The notes under the pieces: generated by a model
Told to the model about the DNA's origin: nothing
The model's input: the letters and a program-made list of their open reading frames with translations, nothing else
Databases searched by the model: none
Assembly (NCBI GenBank): GCA_002633005.1
Contig: NMRA01000298.1
Location: 6,603-70,602 of the forward strand
Origin: Phoronis australis
Taxonomy: Eukaryota > Animalia > Phoronida
Direction of reading: 5' to 3'
DNA: 64,000 nt
Position numbers and translations under genes: made by a program
Shown here: piece after piece, positions 53,968 through 64,000 of the stretch
Numbering within the stretch: the first letter of the stretch is position 1
Layout: the number at the start of each line of letters is the position of its first letter

Positions 53968-56900
53968 TTAAAATAAAGGTGCTATAGGGGCCCATCGTTC
54001 CTCGAAGTCGAGATACCTGCACTGGTTATAGTACATAACATTTTCTACTTTGTAGTAATCAAAAACAAAATGTTTAAAAAGTGCAGAACATGGTTCTACA
54101 TTCTGAAGTCTTTGCTTGTGTATGTGGTACTTGCCTAAACATAAAAGTATTTTTATGATTTTTGGTCCATTAAAGGAGCAAAAAATTACGTCAAAATGAT
54201 CATATCAATTCCGCAGAGGTTTTTTATCCAGTTTTCAACAGTTTTCCAAAAGCTTTGGACACCTAAACAAGACCAATACAAGTGAAAAAGGTCTTCAGAA
54301 TGAGAATTACAAAAAGGACAACTATCTGAATTTCCAACACCAATCTTACTCAAAAACTCATTGGTTCCGAGGAGTCTGTGAGTTAAACGTATTTGAAACC
54401 ATTTAAGCTGCACATCACAAGAAAAGTTAATAGAATAAGAATAAATTTTTCTCCACCACTCACGGGGAATTACGGTACTCAACTGTTTTTTCCAATTTTC
54501 CTCAAATTTGGGTTTTTTATATAGTTTTTTGTATTAAGTGGGTATAAATTTGTTTATTGACTTTTTGTCTCGATATAAGAATGGAATTTAATGTTGTGCA
54601 AAAAGGCAAGTTTATCTCAATTTCACTACATGGCCTAATTTGAGAATAACGAATAGTTTGACGAATTGCACTTTGAATACCCCAAAAAGATGTGAATGAT
54701 GGAAAAAACCTTTATCTTTCACAAAAACACTGGTAAGGCATAAAATAACCACTATGTTTCAACAAATCGTGGATAAAAATTATACCAGTCATTGTAGAAA
54801 ACAGACTTTTTATCAATCAAAATATGTTCATTATACCAGAATGGTTCGTAATAAAATTCCTCTTTAATGTGATAATCTGAGATTCTAGAGAGTACTTCCC
54901 CAACAACTAAAAATACTTCTTTCCAAAAGACATTCTTAAAAATTCCCGGGCATTGACTATAAAATTTGGCCCCAACATGATGAAGGTTTTTTCCAGCTAA
55001 AAAGCGGTTTTTCATAACAATCAATTTCCAGGAAGATTGATTGGCCATCACAAGTCTCACGAACCATGTAAATTTTAACGACTTCATATAACTTTTTAAA
55101 TGGACCATTTTATAGGCTCCGTCGAAAAAATCTTGGATCATAATATTTCTAGCTATCCTGTCATTTTTGTTTTGCCAAATAAATTTAAAAAAATGTTTTT
55201 CTAAAGAGTCAACAACTTTGTCTGATGGAGAAGGTAATGACAACAGGAGGTGCGTTAATTTAGGCAAAACAAACGATTTAACTACGGTTATTTTTCCTAG
55301 CGTAGTGAGCGATCTCCTGGACCAACAAGTCAAATCTCTGTAAATCTCTTGTATTTTGACATTGTAATTTAAGTCTGGAATTTCTGAAAAATTTGTGCTA
55401 AATGTGACTCCCAGAATTGAGAATTTTTGTTTTTGCCATGATAAATTTAATTCTGGACACAAGCGCAATTCACTTCCCCTCATCCGACCTATCCAAATAC
55501 AATGAGTTTTTTCTACATTTGGTCTCAGACCAGAGAATTAGGTGAAATTGGTCCAGGAGATCAAGCGAGTATTTTAAGGATTCTGCTGTACCGCCTAAAA
55601 ACAAAACCGTGTCATCTGCATATTGCAGAAGCTTAAGGTCGTTGACATCTGGAATGCCAATACCTTTTATATTTTTATTTTCACGAAACATGATGGCCAT
55701 TATTTCAACACAAATGATGTAAAGATAGGGGGACACATAATCACCTTTTTTACATCAGCCACCAATTTTGAAGTATTCTGAGGTTATGCTGTGCTGGATC
55801 ACACAAAGTGTAGCGTTTGACTTTAGTAAGCGCACCCAATCAATGAGGTTTTTACCAAAGTTGAAAAAAGATAAGGTTTTGTAGATCATTTTCCAGGAAA
55901 TGGAATCGAAGGCTTTCTCAAAGTCAATTTGAACTATCAGACCGGGTATGTCATATTCTTCTGAGCAATTTAAAATGTCGTAGATGGTTCCAATATTTTA
56001 CCAATAAACCTCCCCTTGATAAAGCCTTTCTGATTTTCATGAATGATTTTGGTAATGACGCTTTTAATACGATGTGCAATACAACCCAATAAAACTTTAT
56101 AACTTGTGTTTAAGAGAGAAGTGGGGCGCCAATTGCTCAAGAATACACGCGGCTTTTACCTTTTGGAATAATAGTGATCACGCCCTGAATTTGACTTGGG
56201 GGCATGGAACCACGAGCAAAACTGTTATTAAATGAATTAACCAAAAATACTGATAAATTATTCGAAAAAAAATTAAAGAATTCCACACTAAAACCATCAG
56301 GGCCAGGGGATTTATCCTTTTTCTTCAATTTGACCACACTAAGTGCTTCGGACACTGTGATCTCGCCGTCTAAACGCTTACTATCGTCATTGGTTAATCG
56401 TGGAACATGTAGTGACGGTGGGAACAGAGCGTTCAAATTAACGTCATCAAGGAGCTCATCTTCACATGCATAGAGAGATTTATAAAAATCGCAAATGTTA
56501 TGTAGAAGTGCACTTTGCTCGGTGATTGTAGTATTGTTGTGAGTGTCTACAACTAATTAAGTAACATTTTTATTAACATAATTTCTTTTTTCCAAATTGG
56601 CAAAATATTTTGAAGGTTTTTCGCCATTTTCAACCCAACTTGCGCGCGCTCTGATCTGATGTCCTCTCATAATGTAATCTCTACAGTCTTCCAAATCCTT
56701 CATTTTTTGTTCTAAAATAGTATCGAATAAGCCAGATGTAAATTCGTCTGCTAATTTTACAAGATAAGATAATTGATTTTCAAAAAAACTTTACTTTTTC
56801 CGTGTTTCAGATTGTTTCTTTTTAGAATACAATATAGTTTCGGATCTGATCCTGAATAGCAACATTTCGAAGAATATAGAATCATCAATGGTTAGACACG

Positions 56901-57780
56901 GATCAGCCTTGGGAATATGTAGAACATTTGGCCTGTCATAGGGTAGAGCGGCATATTTCACAATACTCTCGTCTATAACTTAATTAACACGATTAACAAA
57001 GTCAGAGTCTTTTAATAAAGAATTGTTAAAACGCCATAGACCTCGACCGCGCTGGAATTCCGTAATTTTAATTTCAATAGAAATGGTATGATGATCACTT
57101 CGATATCCTGGAATTATTCCTGTAGACTCTATCATACCATGGATCTCTTCAGAAATTAGAAAAAAATCAAGCCTAGCTTTTTTCATAGGGTTACTTTTCC
57201 TCCACGTGAAAGACTTCAATAAAGGATTGGCAACACGCCAGGGGTCAATAAGACTGTGTTTTGTTCTCATGTCGAGAACCTCGCGTCTGGCGTTTAGATT
57301 ATTAATGCGTTCATAATTGACGCAATCCAATTCAAAAGTCTGGACGAGGTTCCAGTTCCCACATAAAACAACAGCCGTTCCATCAGAATTATCTAGGTGG
57401 CGCTGAATCTCCTTATAAAAAAATGGATTGTCATTATTGGGACCGTAAATATTAATCAATGTGACCGAGAATGTTTTTTCAATGATAAGATTTACGATCA
57501 AAAGATTACCCCCTTCGTCACCTGCAATATCTGTTAGTTCGTACTCAAAATTGTTTTTGAACAGTATGCATACACCTCGGGAATTACTTGTACCACAACG
57601 CTTTATCACATCACCGCCCCACATTGCTTTTACAACAGGTTCATCGGTTGGTACAAAGTGCGTGTCCTGTAAACAGTATATAGAAAATTGTTTATTATGT
57701 AAAAAATTGAAAACATCTCTGCGTTTGCAAAGACTTTGAAGGCCCCTGCAGTTCATTGAAAACAAACGTACGCTAGCCAT
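53968..57780 (-). mobile_element. L1/Tx1-clade LINE ORF2 (APE endonuclease, RT, C-terminal Zn finger), full span but with many frameshifts and stops
   Basis: SMNCRGL..KRRDVF..IYCLQDTH, NIYGPN, ARLDFFL, YRSDH, KSPGPDGF, WRP.SLLN, DFEKAFDS, LLQYADDTVL, CPFCNSHSEDLFHLYWSC. No ORF1 is visible upstream. Confidence 0.95.
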
Positions 57781-59204
57781 GATCAATATACATAGAGGAA
57801 ATTTGAATAGCTCCCCCTGAAGCAATCACGCACACACTCACACAAGAAACTATACAGGTGTACATGAACATTCACCAATGTTCCTCATATGCAAATGAAG
57901 TCAAGACAGATCAGCCCGCTGCAAGCAGCGCCTGTAATCATGTACCTATAGCAACCGTAATAGAACACGGATTAGTGAAAAGAGAATGAAAAACAACAGG
58001 CCTATCGATATGCAAATGTAAAGCAAAGCATTCGAAATGTCACATGTACGTTGTATTTTCGCTCAATAAACAATGCACGCGGGGAAACACCTTGACTTGG
58101 GAGTTACAACAAGTATCGCATGAAAAGTAAACCAATATAGGCCTACATCACACACATATATGTATAAAATCCGGAAACTCGGCCCAAGGCCCGCGAAAAA
58201 CAATAAATGAAACAACGATAATTCTCGGGCACCGAGAGAAACCCATATACACTACACATGAGTTAACTTGAACTGTGAATCAGTATGAAAAATAGAACAA
58301 AAACGACGCTGAAAACAATCATTTTAAACACTTAATAAGCGACATGTTTACAACAAAACAAAAATCTAATCTGTTACCAAAAACATAAAGCATCACAACC
58401 TATTTATTTCTCATACAAATTGATCATATATAGGGAAGACATACTTCCTTTCCGGGGGATATAGTAATGGACATTAGTAGTTAGATTTTTAGCTGACCCT
58501 AAGTCACAAGGTAGTTGGCCTGATTAACTGATGGGAGGACTGTTTTGTAAGTATTCGTGAGACCTTTTCTCCCAATCTGAACCCTATCGGCACCCACATA
58601 CAATTAATCAAACTAGATAATGCTAATGGGGCAAACCAACTTGAAAGCAGGGCTGGCACTCAAAAGGTCGCCCATATTTTAAATATTCCAGTTATACATT
58701 TCTTAAAACTTATTCATATCCTTTGTGGACAGTCACCAATCCAATGGTATGCCCTCTATATTCTACAGAAACTTTACTAGGTGGTTCCTACCCAAGTCAA
58801 TTCGTACCCAGGACATGTACCATACATGTATTTTATTTATAAATAATGGCAACATTGGGTCAATGTATATCGACATGAAATGGTTGTTTTCATTTCAATC
58901 ATTGCCTTACAACGTAAACCTGTTTTGGAACACATGTGTACATTGTGGTGACTTGGCCTTTGAGTTGAAAATGAAGTGACTTGTTCTATAACCTATAGAA
59001 TTAAGACCCCCAACAACTAGTTGAGAAAGTCTAAACCATAAACTTGCAATTCTTTTATCCTGTCCCTTACACTTCACAGTCGAGTATTCCAAAGTTACTC
59101 TCATTCAATCCCTTGCATACATTCACACGTATTCACTCACTAGTAACACCGAGCTCAGTCTCAGAGAAGTAGGAGACAGTTTTATTCAATGCTCAATTAT
59201 GGTC

Positions 59205-59266
59205 CGTCAGTGAAACCCAGGATTGGAACCTGAGTCTCACGAGCTCAAACCACTGAGCCACACTGT
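59205..59266 (-). mobile_element. Truncated tRNA-derived SINE head
   Basis: Minus strand CAGTGTGGCTCAGTGG (A box) followed by GGTTCCAATCC (B-box-like). Confidence 0.5.
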
Positions 59267-59467
59267 TTACAAATAATTAGATACTAAACACTTTTGAGCG
59301 ATTTGCTAAAATGCAAAAACTCCCGTTTTTATCACTGGAACTGGTGTTTATCCACGGCTGAAACACGGTTCACCAGTGAGTGGGGATGTGGGCGCCTGGG
59401 ACTGACTGGTAGAGAACCTATTTTTGAAAAGCTGTGAACAAAAATTGTTCCTATGAGATCACTCACT

Positions 59468-59607
59468 TCCTCCTCCACGTCCGAAAGGTCGGAATCATCT
59501 GAAAAGTCCACTGTTCGTGCCTGTATCATTCAAGGTATTCCTCATCTTCGCTGCTGTATTCATATGGACACACATTCTTTCCTTTGTGTTCCCTACTCCA
59601 CGTCATA
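59468..59607 (-). pseudogene. Probable acidic first exon of the P2X7-ballast/KolX-like gene
   Basis: MTWSREHKGKNVCPYEYSSEDEEYLE*IQARTVDFSDDSDLSDVEEE followed by gtgagt. An acidic N-terminus with a PY motif is typical of this family. Contains one in-frame stop. Confidence 0.45.
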
Positions 59608-59819
59608 CATGTACATGTAGATGTGTAACGAACGAAAATGGCGCCGTTTCTGTTCTCCGTTACAACAATGACGTTACAACACCACGGCATTAAATATGTA
59701 AAACACTTTGTATAGCGACGTACACTTCAATAAATGTTAAGAATATAGCAATGACAATTAAAAACTAGAATTTAGAACGGATTGTTGTTCAGATTGGCGT
59801 GGACGTTGCCTTTTACCAT

Positions 59820-62322
59820 TTAATCAGGTGAATGGAAACCCAGAAGACTGTAACGCATATATCGATAATACATGATTGGTTTTCACCACGCTCATTCGAG
59901 AAAATATCCATAGGCTTGAAAACGACATAATCATGTACATAAGTAGATTTAAGCTCGTCCAATGGATTTCCCGTGGGATCCATGTCTTGAAATGAATATA
60001 AGGGATCCGCACTTCACCCTTTGATCAATTCCAAGGAAAGCTCTGCACCTTTGATGTAGAGTTACCAAATTACATGTATACCCTGCCACAACAATAAAGC
60101 AAACGTTTTCTGACTCTGACTCTGACTCAATTCTTTTGAATTCAATAAGGTGGGAACCATATGCCTGTTTTGGATGTATTGCCGACAACACAGTGTACAC
60201 AAAACTAGACTCCACGGAAACGCAAATGACAATTGGCAAACCACTACTGACCCCACAACAAAACACATTAAAATAATACGGACTAAGCTAATTTTTGATA
60301 TGAGAATATGCATGAAATTTGATTATTAACTGAACGTTTCTGCAGGTAAAGAGAGATATGTCAAGCATTGCACAGATTGCAGTGTACAGTCACACGCACA
60401 TTAGATGTCTCTCTTGTTGTTGTTGTTGACCCAGCGGCTTACACGCGTATAATAATAATACCGTAACATTGGCTCATAAAACTTTATTTATGATATGATA
60501 TGATAAGATACGATACGATTTTCAATACGATAAGATACGATACGATCTATTATCTTACGATACGATACGATCTACTATCTTACGATACGGTTAAACCTGA
60601 AACAATTAATAAAGATAATACAATATCTAATACAAATTGAAGTACCAAATACATCATACTAAAATACAGAAAATTGCATATCCAATAATATTATATCAAC
60701 TCACAATTTGGAAAACAATAGTTCGCAGAAACTTGTAGTTACAACAATTTCTATTACAACACTTTCTATGAGTTAATTAAATAATCAAAGGACTGAGAAT
60801 AGTTGTTTCTAAAGTCAAAGTTTATAGTAAAACATCAAGAAAAAAGTTGTCTCTTACCAATGCTGGGTATCTGTGATATTTTTGAAGCAAGCAGCAGCCT
60901 CTCTCCAAGCAAAATGAATTCTAGAGTAGCTAACAGAATATTTATACTGAACACAAGAAAGGTGGGCGAGATAATTCAAAACATGAAAACCCACAAACTT
61001 CCTCCAAAATGCTACATCTAGTTCCAAAACAATTCTCTGAACAAAGTCGCTGGTTCCAAAACAATTCTGTGAATCAATCTGCTGGACTCCAGCAATGAAC
61101 CCAAGTCATTACCAATTATGGCGCAGGAGTAATTCTGATGGACAAATAACAGATTATTGTTGTTGTCGGAAATGCCTCATCCCAAAGCTGACAGGTTTTC
61201 AAAGACTTTAAGTTACACAACTTGCAAAACAAGGCACAATTGTTATTATAAACATCCCACAACTGGTAACAGACATGTGGAGAATCACTTCCCATGAACT
61301 CCTAGGAGGTTACAAATTTTGGTAAACAACCAATATGTTTGATTAATTATACACTAGTCACTAAAATTGCATAACTTTGCCTTTAATTAGACTAATCATC
61401 TACAGCATCAAAAAATGTCACTAACACAGATGGTGGGAAATTGCGCTTCTTGCTGACGACGAAACAGGGACATCTTTCTCGAGGAGCCTGTAGGCTTCAA
61501 TCTTTTAGCTGTATTCAGTCTACAGATAGCCTAGCACGATTCACAAAAACCAACGTTGGTTGAAAGTCAGAAAATCTGTCTACAAAACATAATTTGGGAG
61601 GAACACAGGTGAAAAACGTTAAGGTTTGAGATCAGCATAACTGTAGCGCGCCTATAACTCCACGTGCATTAGTTCACGGTGAAGACTTCGTTGACCACCA
61701 GACGACAGCTGGATTCCCAGCAGGTGTAAGCTTCATTGTAGCTGTAACCAGGACACGTCTGTACGAAGAGTTTTATGGTGTAGCTTCCTGCTGGAAGATC
61801 GCAGAACCCGCCAACTGAAAAAGAGTTTGACACACAATCGGCTTAAAGTGCCGAATATCAAAGTATGAGATTACAGCATTCGAGATTGAAAAAAGACACC
61901 TGACTGAAAGAGCCGGGATATTATTCCAAAAGCTCGCGCAATGCCAACACTCAGTTTTGAAATTCCGACCGTCAAAACACCCATTAGATTTAGAGAACAT
62001 TTTCGCACAAACTGGACAATTATAGCAGGTATTATAAAACCTAAAAATAAAAACGACTGAATAGGTATTTTGTGCGGCTTGGAAAATCACAATAATGAGA
62101 GACTCAAAATGAAGTAACACATGAACAATGAATAGTCATATTTTCAAGTGTGCGATGTTTGGAATCAAAACCACAAAAGTTGCCATGAATTCGACGCATA
62201 TGTAAGTAACAACACAGTCAGGTAGTCTCATTGTTGCGACAGCGCACTATTCGACAACCCGAATACATGTACTTTGTTTCGTGTGTAGTCCAACCTACAG
62301 TATCTTGTCAATACAGTACATG
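59820..62322. repeat. Segmental duplication copy B (carries an extra ~1.07 kb at ~60365-61435)
   Basis: Matches 31737-32295 and then 32320-33350. The extra block includes a (GATAC/GATAT)n microsatellite at ~60489-60588. Confidence 0.92.
61669..61814 (-). CDS. Terminal exon of second CTHRC1-like gene
   Basis: ctctttttcag|TT GGC GGG..., encoding (F)GGFCDLPAGSYTIKLFVQTCPGYSYNEAYTCWESSCRLVVNEVFTVN*. Phase 1 matches the 63491 donor. The ORF track shows a different frame. Confidence 0.9.
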
Positions 62323-63490
62323 ACCCTATATGTTCAGTACCACGTCATTAGTTTGCAACCTACATGTACATGTATCAGACATTAGACAGACACAATCCCG
62401 GAGAGACACTGTCACCGTGTCAACATGGAGTAGAGACGGTCGCCATCCCATACAAACTGTAGACCCTGGATACACCGGAATCTTTCCGGGAGTAATGCTT
62501 CACACTGATTCCATCAACAAAGCTACGTTGTAATAAGTACCTTCTGCGTATAGAGGGCCGCCGGTGTCTTTAATTTCTTCCAATTCGAACAAGTAAACTC
62601 GTAATCAATTTTTCTTGTTCGATCAGTTCTTCGTGCAATTGCTCAAATCAACAACTGGTCGTTTTAGACTGCTCGCTCCTGGGGATATGACGTCATGTCT
62701 CCAGGCGTGTTAATGTAAAAATGGCGGCGGTGCTGTCTTACGTCGGGGTATTGTTTTAGAGTTTGTGTAAAACAAATCTACTCTCGCCCGCTCTGAGTCT
62801 CTATTATTCCTGAGTATTTAACATGTATGCCTTGCGAAACTACACTTTAAGTAGACATTCTCAATATCTTAACTTTTGAGACATGCTTCGGAGCCATACT
62901 TTACCACTGGCTAAAATTCTGATTATGTGGAATGTCAATATGGACCACCGACAGACAGCAGTGAATTTCCAGTTTCAACGTTTATATGTATAAAGCATAT
63001 TATTGTTAAAGTATAAGCGTTGCTTGTTGGCCTGCGAGCGTACATGTGCATATGTATTTAAAATATTCAAAAGGAAAAGAGCTGCGCTTAGTGGGTAAAA
63101 CGCAAAGCAAGATGGCCAGTCTTTTACTAGTCAGACACGATTACGTGACATCTGGCGCAAACAATATTCAGCAAGAGGGGGGTCAAACACAACATTGCCG
63201 GTGACTGGACAGGAGGGTTGGTGAATTGAGCAGCACTTACTTGCCATAAAGGTAAGCTCAAATTCAGCTCAAGGCAACGTGAGAAAGTAAGACACCTGGA
63301 AGGAACTAGCTCAACTGGCACATTCCAATAACCTTTCTTTTTGTGTGTGACCAGCGTTGACGTAAGTGCTTAGCACTTGACTACGCTAGCAACACATAAC
63401 GCTTTGTCAGCATAACGCCTTATTCTACTAGTTTTAACTTAACGGCTGATGTGAATTATGTTAAGGTTTTACAACATTACTCGCACTTAC

Positions 63491-63716
63491 ACGATGAAGC
63501 GTGGTGTTGGTTATCATCGACATTGTCTGTTCTATGCAACAGTCTTTGATAGACTATTGTAGCAATTTTTCCAGGCGTTGAACATTCGGCCCCATTAAAG
63601 CTCAGATACCAACGGGCGCATCCGGGTGTATCGTAGCTCGACTGGTATTGTCGCAAGGCACCGTTGAAGTGCACTGATAGTAGGCTTTGAGATGACTTCT
63701 TGTTGTAGGTGACTGA
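63491..63716 (-). CDS. Penultimate exon (phase 0-1) of second CTHRC1-like gene; upstream exons not found in the window
   Basis: ttactcgcag|TCA GTC...TCG T|gtaagt. Encodes SVTYNKKSSQSLLSVHFNGALRQYQSSYDTPGCARWYLSFNGAECSTPGKIATIVYQRLLHRTDNVDDNQHHASS. Confidence 0.92.
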
Positions 63717-64000
63717 CTGCGAGTAACGAAATCAAGACGTTCAGTTATCTCTTGACAGAAGCATATACATGTACTCAGTCGGTAGAAACATGTTGTATAA
63801 TTACATGTACTGGGGTCTGACGTGTAACCTTTGTATTCGAAATCAAGCTAATAATTTGTTTGCATATTCCATTCTGCGTATATTTTTCAGCTAGCACTCA
63901 AGACAGGAGTCTGCTATCCTATGCTGCAGTACACTATGTTGCTCTTGGCACATTCTAGCATGCATTTGGTGACCTTGGCGGCCACGCTGAACTGGAAAAC

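Overview
Eukaryotic, AT-rich, transposon-dense DNA from an invertebrate animal (spliceosomal GT-AG introns, frequent TACATGTA and TAGGCCTA words, FN2 and CTHRC1-type domains; the phylum cannot be fixed from this window). It has one assembly gap (17595-18348). Most ORF-track entries are noise. The main signal is a minus-strand cluster of genes encoding CTHRC1-type C-terminal domains, with no collagen Gly-X-Y repeat seen in the window. I traced by hand a phase-consistent six-exon chain (11375-11281, 8824-8626, 8467-8312, 4813-4646, 3637-3555, 1202-1001) encoding CTHRC1 domain, fibronectin type II domain, then a second divergent CTHRC1 domain that runs off the left edge. It is probably headed by a signal-peptide plus PAN/apple exon at 31577-31209, but that link is inferred. 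A second CTHRC1-like gene ends at 63716-61669, and a frameshifted duplicate of its last exon lies at 32853-32707 inside a segmental duplication. The rest is mobile DNA: an Academ(X)-type element with TIRs and TSD, a decayed L1/Tx1 LINE nested in a P2X7-ballast-like (KolX-like) pseudogene, three other LINE fragments, Helentron-type non-autonomous elements carrying satellite arrays, tRNA-derived SINEs and MITEs. All family assignments come from motif recognition by eye; no database searches were run.
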